A DNA stretch of 40,000 nt. It comes from an uncultured Clostridia bacterium (GTDB taxonomy: Bacteria > Bacillota > Clostridia > TANB77 > CAG-508). The DNA lies in the NCBI GenBank assembly GCA_944389425.1, contig CALXMH010000001.1:18856-58855 (forward strand). The letters are read 5' to 3'. A program made the position numbers and the translations under genes. The notes under the pieces are model-generated. The model ran no database searches. It had not been told where the DNA came from and saw only the letters and a program-made list of their open reading frames with translations. This document shows, piece by piece, positions 8,121 through 16,226 of the stretch (within the stretch, counting starts at the first letter, position 1; each line of letters opens with the position of its first letter).

Positions 8121-9836
8121 TTATATTACTTCATCTGTGAAGTACATTTCTCCACCATAGTTTATTTTGTAGTATTGTCCTATAAATTCTGGTTCTACAT
8201 TTGAAGATATCTCATATTTTGGCTCTACTATTATTGTTCCATCTTCTCTTATAATTCCCCACTTATTTCCTTCTTTTATTCCTGCAAAACCATATTTGTT
8301 AAATTCTGTTACCATATCATATACTTGTTCTACAACTATATTTCCGTCTTTATCTTCAAATCCCCAAAGTCCATATTTAGATGTTGCAAATAATGTGTTA
8401 TTTGGCAAAGCCTGCTTATTTGTTAGTATTTTCCCATCTAAGCTTATATATTTGGTTTCGGTATCTGATACTATTTTTATATAATCATTATAAGTATATA
8501 ATTTTGCATTTTTCATTACAGCAATTTGCTCTATATTTGCTGAATAAATTTCTAATATACCACTTTCTGTATCACTTACTTGAATCATATTAGTACCTTT
8601 TATTGGTTGTACTAAATTATAATTTATTCCAAGTACAATATTTCCATAATGGTCTATTACTCCTATTTTATTTTCTTCGTTATATGCTGCAAAATATTCA
8701 CCTATTAAGTATTCTATATATGTGTATTTATTTGTTGTTGTTTCTACTCCATTTTGATTAATTATTCCATATAAATTATTTTGACCTACTGTTATGAAGT
8801 AATTTTCATTTCCTGTTGCAATTACTTTCTTATATATGTTTTGTACTTCTTGTCCATTTCTATCGTAATTTATTACTTGATTTGCTTTTGTTCCAGCAAT
8901 ATATATTCCTATGTAAGATATTTCTTTAAATTCTATTGGTAATATTGTTTTGCCAGATAAATCTGTTACTCCATATAAGTCGTTTTGTTTTATTTTTATT
9001 AAATCTGTTGTTGTATCATATTCTAACTGATCATATACATTTTCTAAAACTACTTCTCCATTTTTTATTAGTCCTTTTTTACCTGCTTTTGTGGTAATTA
9101 AATATACATCTTCTCCTTCTATTTGGTTTAACCTTACTATTTCATCAAATTCATTATTTAAAACTTGTTTACCGTTTTTATCTAGATATCCAAATAAATA
9201 TTTATCTCCTGTTTTTGTTCCAACAATATATCCCGCTTCTTTATAGTCTATTTGATTATAATATCCATCTCCTATTATGCTATCATATTTTTCTTCAACA
9301 AGTTTAGCTCCTTTTGAATTTATTACCCCTTGTTTTCCGTCTTTTTGTACTAATATTTCTCCTTCTTTATATGGAACACTTTCTATTTTTTCATATATTG
9401 CTTTTGTAATTACTTTACCTTCCATATTAATTAATCCATATAAATTTCCTTGTTTATATTTAAGTACAGATTTTTCATATGGTATATCTCCTATTGTTCC
9501 AGTTACTGGTATTCCTGTTACCTCTTCATAGTTTTGAAATAATGTCTCACCTTTTGAGTTTAGTACTAATATGGAATTATTTTTTGAGCATATAAATACA
9601 TCCTTTGTTGGATTTGGTATTTGTATGTAATTATAATCTGGGCTAATAATAATTTCACCAGAAGTATTTATTACTCCTACTTTTCCATTTTTATATAATG
9701 TAAAATAATTTCTGTCTGTAATTTTTTCTAGGGTGTAATTTTTATTTATTTTTATAATTGCATTTGTAATTAATGCTATTATTCCTATTAATGCTATAAC
9801 AATAATTAATATAAGTAGAATTTTTTTACTTTTCAT
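8121..9836 (-). CDS. membrane-anchored WG-repeat (KWG-like) protein
   Basis: 571 aa. N-terminal TM helix, then many ~35-aa repeats of the type (Y/W)G(L/F/V)I(D/N)..G..V..P.Y..I. Confidence 0.8.
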   Translation of the reverse strand: MKSKKILLILIIVIALIGIIALITNAIIKINKNYTLEKITDRNYFTLYKNGKVGVINTSGEIIISPDYNYIQIPNPTKDVFICSKNNSILVLNSKGETLFQNYEEVTGIPVTGTIGDIPYEKSVLKYKQGNLYGLINMEGKVITKAIYEKIESVPYKEGEILVQKDGKQGVINSKGAKLVEEKYDSIIGDGYYNQIDYKEAGYIVGTKTGDKYLFGYLDKNGKQVLNNEFDEIVRLNQIEGEDVYLITTKAGKKGLIKNGEVVLENVYDQLEYDTTTDLIKIKQNDLYGVTDLSGKTILPIEFKEISYIGIYIAGTKANQVINYDRNGQEVQNIYKKVIATGNENYFITVGQNNLYGIINQNGVETTTNKYTYIEYLIGEYFAAYNEENKIGVIDHYGNIVLGINYNLVQPIKGTNMIQVSDTESGILEIYSANIEQIAVMKNAKLYTYNDYIKIVSDTETKYISLDGKILTNKQALPNNTLFATSKYGLWGFEDKDGNIVVEQVYDMVTEFNKYGFAGIKEGNKWGIIREDGTIIVEPKYEISSNVEPEFIGQYYKINYGGEMYFTDEVI

Positions 9837-9869
9837 AAATTTCTCCCTTGTTAATTAATTCCTTATAGT

Positions 9870-9898
9870 ATTATATATTTTATCTTATTAGATGTCAA
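9870..9898 (-). promoter_or_regulatory. sigma-A promoter upstream of the WG-repeat gene
   Basis: Minus strand: TTGACA (9898-9893), 17 nt, TATAAT (9875-9870). GGGAG RBS lies before the ATG at 9836. Confidence 0.6.
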
Positions 9899-9920
9899 TT
9901 TTTATATGATTATAAATTTT

Positions 9921-11435
9921 TTACATCCCAGTTTTAGGTAATTTTTTATTATTTAATATATTTTCAGTTATTTTACTATTATCGTCTGTTATTGTTGTTG
10001 TGTTTTGTGTTTTATTGTTTTCAGTTTCATTATTATTTGTGTTTGTTATAAAATTATTGTTCTCTGTGTTATTGACAACTTCATTATTATTTGTTTTATC
10101 TATATATGTATTATTTATTTCTGTATTATTTTCTACATTGTTATTAGTCTCTTGTTTATGATATTCATTTTCAGTTATGGTATTATTTTCTGTATTGTTT
10201 TCCACAATTTCCACTACTATGTTGTGCTTTTCCTCTTCATGTACTATTTTTTTGGAGTTATTCATAATCAATTTGCTTGTAGAGCCTTCTATTACTCTAA
10301 TATCATGAAGTCCTTCTATAATTTCATATCCGTCTGGTGCTTTTGTTTCTTCTACATAATAATTGCCTGTTAATAAATTAGATATTATTATTTCTCCATT
10401 TGAATCTGTTTTAAGATTTTCAAATATCAATTTTTTATTACTATCATAAACATTAAATTTTACATTGCTAAGTCTTTCGTTTGTATGTGCATCTTTTTTT
10501 ATTATTATAAGTTCTCCTCCAATGGGCTCATATTCTATTTCTTTTTCTCCTTGTCCTAATTCATTTCTTATTCCTGTAATTAAGTATGGTTGATATTCTC
10601 TATTTATTGGAACTCCTTTATAAATTGGATATGTTGTTACATCTCCTTGTACAGAAATTGAAATTGTATCTTTTTTATTTACTTTATCACTTGGTATTAG
10701 TATTTTAAAATTCTCTGTTTTATGGAAATTTGTTTTTTGAATATTATTTAAATCTGTTATTATTGTGCCAGTTGGAATATATCCTCTTAGTCCTACTGTA
10801 TATCTTCCATCTAAATTATCATTATCTACGGTGAAAGTTCTTGCAATATATAATTTATTATTTAATTTTTCAAATTGCCATTCATTTGTTGGTATAATGT
10901 CTATTTTACTAGATGGTGGCATTATGCTTTCATCTTCCGATAATTCAATTAATGTTTTCATTGCTCTTAATATAACTTCTCCATCTGAATTTATTGCAGA
11001 ATAGTCTTCTATATTTTTGTTATATAATATAATGTCTATTACTGCTTTTGTTGCCACAAATGCTTGGCTTGGAGTATCACATCCCATTTCTAAAAAATTT
11101 TTGTATGGATAGCTATTTACTATTACTCTCCACAATCTTAAATCTGTTATTTTGTCTGAAACTTCTATGTCATATTCTTTTACTGGTAGTTCTGCTACAC
11201 CTGGCAAACTTTTGTCTAAGCAATATACAGGATATATTCCTCCATTTCCTTCATAATATGTACGCACAAATCTAAGTGGTGCATTATGTTCTTTTATGGT
11301 AGTTCCATAATCTGTTCCTTCTTTTATTGTTAATATTTGTTTTTCATTTGTTGCGCTACTTATATTTATTCCAGCAAAACTATTTGTTAGCATAATCATT
11401 GTTAATAATATAATTAATATTTTCTTTGTTTTCAT
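9921..11435 (-). CDS. surface adhesin with a putative thioester-type N-domain, a Cna-B/SpaA-type domain, an Asn-rich stalk and a terminal LPKTG
   Basis: 504 aa. Signal peptide MKTKKILIILL. VYCLD...SQAF resembles the Cys/Gln thioester motifs. GNYYVEETKAPDGYE is a Cna-B/prealbumin-fold hallmark. The protein ends ...KKLPKTGM*. GGAGGT RBS is present. Confidence 0.7.
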   Translation of the reverse strand: MKTKKILIILLTMIMLTNSFAGINISSATNEKQILTIKEGTDYGTTIKEHNAPLRFVRTYYEGNGGIYPVYCLDKSLPGVAELPVKEYDIEVSDKITDLRLWRVIVNSYPYKNFLEMGCDTPSQAFVATKAVIDIILYNKNIEDYSAINSDGEVILRAMKTLIELSEDESIMPPSSKIDIIPTNEWQFEKLNNKLYIARTFTVDNDNLDGRYTVGLRGYIPTGTIITDLNNIQKTNFHKTENFKILIPSDKVNKKDTISISVQGDVTTYPIYKGVPINREYQPYLITGIRNELGQGEKEIEYEPIGGELIIIKKDAHTNERLSNVKFNVYDSNKKLIFENLKTDSNGEIIISNLLTGNYYVEETKAPDGYEIIEGLHDIRVIEGSTSKLIMNNSKKIVHEEEKHNIVVEIVENNTENNTITENEYHKQETNNNVENNTEINNTYIDKTNNNEVVNNTENNNFITNTNNNETENNKTQNTTTITDDNSKITENILNNKKLPKTGM

Positions 11436-11961
11436 TGTTACCTCCTATTTCTATTCCTTGAACGCATAATCTATATTCTGGTTCATTTGCTATACATGTT
11501 ATTAATGTTATTCTATTTTCATTTGTATTTTTTAGTGGTTCCCAATTTGTATCTTTAATTACTTTTATTTTGTCTATTACATATGTTAGTGTTTTTCCAT
11601 TATATGAATATAATATTTTATCTCCGGTTTCTAGTTTGTGTAAATCTTTAAAATAATTAACAGGATATCCTCTATTATGCGCAGCTAATCCTACATTACC
11701 TTTTATAAAATTGGTTTCTTCAAAATGACCTACATATTTATTCATTGTTTCTTCATCTGTTCCGTTTGCAATATTAGCTATTAGCCCAATTTCAGGGATT
11801 TCTATTTTCCAATTATTAAAAATAATTTCTTCTGCTACTTTTACTTGATTTTGCATGGTATATGCCTGTACAGGTACAATTCCTTTTATAGCCCCTACTA
11901 CTAAAATAGTAATAATTAAACTAATAGTATTAATATTTCTAGTTGTATAACTAAAAAACAC
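11380..11961 (-). CDS. sortase family transpeptidase
   Basis: 193 aa. N-terminal TM helix, catalytic His (LAAHNRG), TLITC Cys motif and a downstream Arg (YRLCVQG). GTG start after GGAGGT. The 3' end overlaps the adhesin gene by 56 nt. Confidence 0.9.
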   Translation of the reverse strand: MFFSYTTRNINTISLIITILVVGAIKGIVPVQAYTMQNQVKVAEEIIFNNWKIEIPEIGLIANIANGTDEETMNKYVGHFEETNFIKGNVGLAAHNRGYPVNYFKDLHKLETGDKILYSYNGKTLTYVIDKIKVIKDTNWEPLKNTNENRITLITCIANEPEYRLCVQGIEIGGNNENKENINYIINNDYANK

Positions 11962-12230
11962 ATCTACCTCCTTTATTTAATTTTTATTTTTTAATTTTTT
12001 GGGTATTTTAAAGATTAAAAAATTTTTAGATTTAATAAAATTGCAATTTTTAGATTAAATATGTGTTTATTGTACTACAATATTTTTAAAATGTAAAGAA
12101 TTTTTCATCGCCCTAATTCTTCATTTTTCGACATTTATATTAATATATACATTATTTATATCACATTTTTTAAGTATGGACATATTATGTATTAAAGCCC
12201 AAAGGCTTAAATATAAAAGGAGTGATTTTA

Positions 12231-12671
12231 ATGGAATTCGATAAGAAAATATGTCCTATTGTAAATGTAGATGGTGTAATAGCTAGCGGAAAACAATTTG
12301 ATGTAGAAATAGTATTACCAGAAGATAATCGTCATGTAATATTTGGAGTTATTAAAGATTGTTATAAAGAACCTATCTGCAATGCAGTTGTTAAACTTAT
12401 TGAAGTTGACAAAGAATGTGGCAAAGAAGAAAGAAAACCTGTATCTCATACTTTTACTGATGAACATGGTGAATTTGTATTTGGACCACTTTGTCCAAAT
12501 AAATACTATGAGATTCTTGTATGGGTAAATCAAGTTAAACATGTTAAAGTATGTGCTAAATGTAAACATGAAGGGAAATGCTTAAAAGGCGTAAAAATGG
12601 ATCAATGTGATTTTACTGTATGTAAGAAAGATGATGAAAAAGAAGATTGTATGCCTTGCAAAAAATGCTAA
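12231..12671 (+). CDS. small Cys-rich protein with a CarboxypepD_reg/Cna-B-like beta-sandwich core
   Basis: The ORF-track ORF starts at 12222. I prefer the ATG at 12231, 8 nt after AAAGGAG. HVIFGVIKD...AVVKLIEV...FTDEHGEFVFGPL..NKYYEILVW, then a C-terminal tail rich in Cys and Lys. Confidence 0.6.
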   Translation: MEFDKKICPIVNVDGVIASGKQFDVEIVLPEDNRHVIFGVIKDCYKEPICNAVVKLIEVDKECGKEERKPVSHTFTDEHGEFVFGPLCPNKYYEILVWVNQVKHVKVCAKCKHEGKCLKGVKMDQCDFTVCKKDDEKEDCMPCKKC

Positions 12672-12705
12672 AGTTTCATCTTAAAGCATGTGAATAATTA
12701 AAAAT

Positions 12706-12755
12706 AAACAACTAGAAGATTTGATATTATCTTGTTTTCTAGTTGTTTTTATATT
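12706..12755. terminator. bidirectional terminator
   Basis: 12-bp stem AAACAACTAGAA (12706-12717) / TTCTAGTTGTTT (12737-12748), with an A-run before it and a T-run after it. Confidence 0.7.
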
Positions 12756-12896
12756 TTACATCATTCCTAATTTTTTAGCAAATTGTTTACTTTTTTTCAT
12801 CATTTTCTTTCTAGTTCCATTCATTGAGTCGGAATATGCCATAACTACACCTGCTGATATTAATGTTCCTACTATCATGCCTTTTACAAATTTCAT
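12756..12896 (-). CDS. 46-aa small membrane protein, not in the ORF track
   Basis: My own translation: MKFVKGMIVGTLISAGVVMAYSDSMNGTRKKMMKKSKQFAKKLGMM*. GGAGGT (12909-12904) lies 7 nt before the ATG, and the terminator follows immediately downstream. Confidence 0.55.
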   Translation of the reverse strand: MKFVKGMIVGTLISAGVVMAYSDSMNGTRKKMMKKSKQFAKKLGMM

Positions 12897-12949
12897 ATTA
12901 TCTACCTCCAAATTTTTTATAGATAATGTTTTTCATTATCTTTCTATTC

Positions 12950-13333
12950 TTAGTTATTATGTGTTTTTTTAGATAATATATACTCTTTTATTAAGCAATA
13001 AATTTCATTTATAGATATTAGAAGTAAAAATATTCCAAAATATTTTTTTAAACTTGTGGCATTTAAACTAATAGCTATTTCAGATCCTATTATTGTGCCA
13101 ATTACTCCGCTCAAAATTATGATTAAGCTAAGTTTTAAATTTATTAATTTTTGTTTTAAATTTATAATTATTGCAGAAATTGCTGTTGGTATGAAAAATA
13201 CTAAGTTTGTGGCTTGTGCAATATGTTGTTCTATACCTAAGAAATTTGACAATACTAATATTAGTATTGTTCCTCCACCCATTCCGAGTCCACTTATACT
13301 TCCTGCTATTATACCTGTTAATATTTCTATCAT
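12950..13333 (-). CDS. TauE/SafE-family anion exporter, C-terminal half-size subunit
   Basis: 127 aa, polytopic. GIIAGSISGLGMGGGTILILVL... is typical of the family. The ATG lies 4 nt after the stop of the upstream half-gene. Confidence 0.75.
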   Translation of the reverse strand: MIEILTGIIAGSISGLGMGGGTILILVLSNFLGIEQHIAQATNLVFFIPTAISAIIINLKQKLINLKLSLIIILSGVIGTIIGSEIAISLNATSLKKYFGIFLLLISINEIYCLIKEYILSKKTHNN

Positions 13334-13337
13334 ATTT

Positions 13338-13686
13338 CTAACCTATTATCATTTTTATAGAAACATATATTAAAAATGCAGTAAATGAAAGTCTAAGTAT
13401 ACTGTCTGGAATTTTTTTTAAAAGTTTAGCACCAAGTATTCCTCCTATAATTCCACCTATTGCACACTTTATTCCGAACATTCCAATCTATATAATTATT
13501 GTTGTAATATGCTATACCACTTATTATTACAAATGGTAATATGCAAAAAATAGATGTTGCTCTTGAAATTTGTTGATTTTCTTTTAATAAATACACAAAT
13601 GCTGGAACAAGAATAAGCCCTCCTCCTGTTGCAAACAATCCACTAATTAAACCTGCAAAGAAACCAATTATTATTTTTTTTAACAT
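13338..13686 (-). CDS. TauE/SafE-family anion exporter, N-terminal half-size subunit. It is interrupted by a +1 frame change at CGG-A, so it is a pseudogene unless recoded.
   Basis: The ORF-track ORF 13426..13686 gives 70 good residues and then nonsense (RNKVCNRWNYRRNTWC*). The +1 frame from GGA (13475-13473) gives GIKCAIGGIIGGILGAKLLKKIPDSILRLSFTAFLIYVSIKMIIG*, ending at 13338. Confidence 0.7.
13473..13476 (-). other. CGG_A +1 frame-change site (TauE N-half)
   Basis: GAT TGG AAT GTT CGG A.. in frame 0. Frame +1 reads GGA ATA AAG TGT.... A +1-frame TAG lies four codons upstream of the GGA, which bounds the shift window. Confidence 0.5.
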
Positions 13687-13729
13687 ATGTCACCTGTCTT
13701 TGCAGTTATTTTTCCTATTTTTTCATGTT

Positions 13730-13921
13730 TTATTCTTGCTTAATTAATTTTTTTGCAAGTTCAGTAATTACAGAATCGCATTTTAAGTATTGAATTATTA
13801 TTCTCCTTTTTAAGTCTTCATCTTTTACATTATCAACTATATCAAACATTTTTTGTAGTTCTTTTAAATATTTATTATCTTTTGTTTTCCATTCGTCATC
13901 ATTATTATCTAAAATACTCAT
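13730..13921 (-). CDS. hypothetical 63-aa protein
   Basis: The ORF has a GGAGG RBS (TAGGAGGCGAA-ATG). It is a charged, helical-looking sequence with no family recognised. Confidence 0.45.
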   Translation of the reverse strand: MSILDNNDDEWKTKDNKYLKELQKMFDIVDNVKDEDLKRRIIIQYLKCDSVITELAKKLIKQE

Positions 13922-14111
13922 TTCGCCTCCTAAACCTACTCGGGATATCTTTTATAATATATTTTATTACTCCTAGCGTTATTTTTATGTCCTTATGTAT
14001 TATTTTAATACATAAAATGATAAAATACAAGAAAATACGACAAATTATACTATCAGTATAATCTGTTTTCGTATAAGAAAGAAATATTTTACTAAAAAAG
14101 GGATGATTCAT

Positions 14112-14336
14112 ATGATTAGAATTAAATTATCAGATTTGCTAGGCAAGCATAAGATGAATCAAAAGACTTTATCAAAGCTTACTAATATAAGACCTGCAAC
14201 TATTTCAAAAATGTATTATGAAGAAGTAAAGCGCATAGATATGAAACATATCGACAGTATTTGCAGAGCATTTGATTGTGAAATTTCGGACCTTTTTGAA
14301 TATATACCTGATGATTCTGATAAAGAAAAGAAATAA
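14112..14336 (+). CDS. XRE/Cro-CI family helix-turn-helix transcriptional regulator
   Basis: MIRIKLSDLLGKHKMNQKTLSKLTNIRPATISKMY... is a typical short HTH_XRE protein. The ORF-track start is 14103, and I prefer the second ATG. Confidence 0.8.
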   Translation: MIRIKLSDLLGKHKMNQKTLSKLTNIRPATISKMYYEEVKRIDMKHIDSICRAFDCEISDLFEYIPDDSDKEKK

Positions 14337-14340
14337 TAAA

Positions 14341-14372
14341 AAATAGAGTTTGGTAAGCTCTATTTTTTATTT
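14341..14372. terminator. terminator after the XRE gene; it overlaps the rarA stop codon
   Basis: Stem AAATAGAG (14341-14348) / CTCTATTT (14358-14365), followed by a T-run. Confidence 0.6.
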
Positions 14373-15608
14373 TTCTGTATCTGCTTTTTTATAATAAATT
14401 GTTCCTAACATTTCATCTGGAAGATATTGTTGTTCTACAAAATGACCTGGGTAGTCGTGTGGATATTTGTATCCTACATGATAGCCTAATTCTTCCATTC
14501 CTTTTGCTGGTGCATTTCTAATATGCATTGGAATTTTTCCAGTATTTTTTGTTGATACATCCTCTAATGCATTATTTATTCCCATGTACGCACTATTAGA
14601 TTTCGGAGAATTTGCTACATATACTGCCGCTTCTGCAAGTATTATTCTTCCCTCTGGCATTCCTATCATATGTACTGCTTGCATTGCAGATGTGGCTACT
14701 ACTAATGCATTTGGATTTGCAAGTCCAACATCTTCTGCTGCACAAATTGTTATTCTTCTTGCTAAAAATTCTGGATCTTCTCCACCATATATTGCTCTTG
14801 CTAAATAAAATAATGTAGCATCTGGGTCGCTTCCTCTCATTGATTTTATAAATGCACTTATATTATCATAATGGCTATCACCTGATTTGTCGAATGCTAT
14901 TTTCTTTTTAGAAAAGCAATCTGCTATTATTTCATCTGTTATTTTTATAGTTCCATCTGAATCCATTTGTGTTGTAAGTACTGCTACTTCTAATCCATTT
15001 AATGCAGTTCTTACATCTCCATTTGATATTTCAGCAATTTTATTAATTGTTTCATCTGAAATTTGTATATTGTAATCTCCTAATCCATCTTTATTTTTTA
15101 TTGCATTTTTTACTATTTTTACAATATCTTCTTCTTTTAATGGTTCTAGTTTAAACACCATTGATCTTGAAATTAATGCTTTATTTACTTCAAAATATGG
15201 ATTTTCTGTTGTTGCTCCTATTAATATAACTGTTCCATCTTCTACATATGGCAAAAGAGCATCTTGTTGCAGTTTGTTGAATCTATGTATTTCATCTATA
15301 AAAATTATGCATCTTCCTGTTGGATTTAAAAAAACATTTTTTGCTTCTTCTATTATTCTTTTTATGTCGGCAACTCCAGAGCTTACTGCATTTATTGGGC
15401 AAAATTTATATTTTGTAGTATTACTTATAACTCTTGCAAGTGAAGTTTTCCCACATCCTGTTGGTCCCCATAATATTATACTAGATAATCTGTCTGCTTT
15501 TATTGTTCTATATAATATTTTATCTTTTCCTAAGATATGTTCTTGTCCAACAAATTCTTCAAGAGTTTTTGGTCTTACTCTGTGTGCTAATGGTTTACTT
15601 GTATCCAT
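14367..15608 (-). CDS. rarA: replication-associated recombination protein A (RarA/MgsA AAA+ ATPase)
   Basis: 413 aa. LAHRVRPKTLEEFVGQEHILG, Walker A GPTGCGKTS, and the MgsA C-terminal domain (HYD.ISAF.KS.RGSDPDA.L.YLAR). Confidence 0.93.
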   Translation of the reverse strand: MDTSKPLAHRVRPKTLEEFVGQEHILGKDKILYRTIKADRLSSIILWGPTGCGKTSLARVISNTTKYKFCPINAVSSGVADIKRIIEEAKNVFLNPTGRCIIFIDEIHRFNKLQQDALLPYVEDGTVILIGATTENPYFEVNKALISRSMVFKLEPLKEEDIVKIVKNAIKNKDGLGDYNIQISDETINKIAEISNGDVRTALNGLEVAVLTTQMDSDGTIKITDEIIADCFSKKKIAFDKSGDSHYDNISAFIKSMRGSDPDATLFYLARAIYGGEDPEFLARRITICAAEDVGLANPNALVVATSAMQAVHMIGMPEGRIILAEAAVYVANSPKSNSAYMGINNALEDVSTKNTGKIPMHIRNAPAKGMEELGYHVGYKYPHDYPGHFVEQQYLPDEMLGTIYYKKADTEK

Positions 15609-15620
15609 AACTTTTCTTCC

Positions 15621-16223
15621 TTACATTCCTAATATTTTTAATGCTTTTTTTATAATATCTTCAACTGATAAATCTTGCAAACTTAATAGCGATAAAGCTT
15701 TTTCAATTTCTCTTTTATTATATCCTAATACTTGAAGTGCAGAAATTGCTTCTTCTACTTTACTATTATTTTCAATTACAGATTTAATTTCTGGCTCTGT
15801 ATCTTTTGTTATTGCTTGTTCTGTTTTTAATTTGTCTTTTAATTCCAATATAATTCTTTGTGCAGATTTTGCTCCTATTCCTGGAATTTTAGTTAATGCT
15901 TTTACATCATCTGAAATAACAGCAAGTGCAAAGCTTGATGGTTTTATTTCAGATAGCATTGCAATTGCAGACTTTGCTCCTATTCCACTTACAGAAAGCA
16001 ATAGTTCAAACATTTTAAGTTCCTCTTGTGTATTAAATCCGTACAAGCTAATATTATCTTCTCTTACATAATAATATGTATGAACTTTTACAATTTCTCC
16101 TGTTTCTCCAATCTGGCTTATGCCTGATGCAGACATAAATATTTTGTATCCTATTCCATTTACATCTATTACAACATATGTATTTGATTTAATCTCCAAT
16201 TTTCCTTTTATATATGCTATCAT
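15621..16223 (-). CDS. ruvA: Holliday junction branch migration complex subunit RuvA
   Basis: 200 aa. MIAYIKGKL......VIDVNGIGY, and two HhH motifs (LLSVSGIGAKSA / LTKIPGIGAKSAQRI). Confidence 0.93.
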   Translation of the reverse strand: MIAYIKGKLEIKSNTYVVIDVNGIGYKIFMSASGISQIGETGEIVKVHTYYYVREDNISLYGFNTQEELKMFELLLSVSGIGAKSAIAMLSEIKPSSFALAVISDDVKALTKIPGIGAKSAQRIILELKDKLKTEQAITKDTEPEIKSVIENNSKVEEAISALQVLGYNKREIEKALSLLSLQDLSVEDIIKKALKILGM

Positions 16224-16226
16224 TTT

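Noticed and set aside
11380-11435. The 56-nt overlap of the sortase and adhesin genes as another frameshift or fusion.
   Set aside because: Both frames have their own credible signals: a sortase stop after a plausible tail, and GGAGGT plus ATG plus a classical signal peptide for the adhesin. There is no CGG and no homology bridging the frames.
12721-12972. 83-aa plus-strand ORF, and the 68-aa ORF at 13905..14111.
   Set aside because: 12721..12972 starts inside a terminator hairpin and is antisense to a small CDS with a proper RBS. 13905..14111 spans a divergent promoter region, has no RBS and has an implausible sequence.
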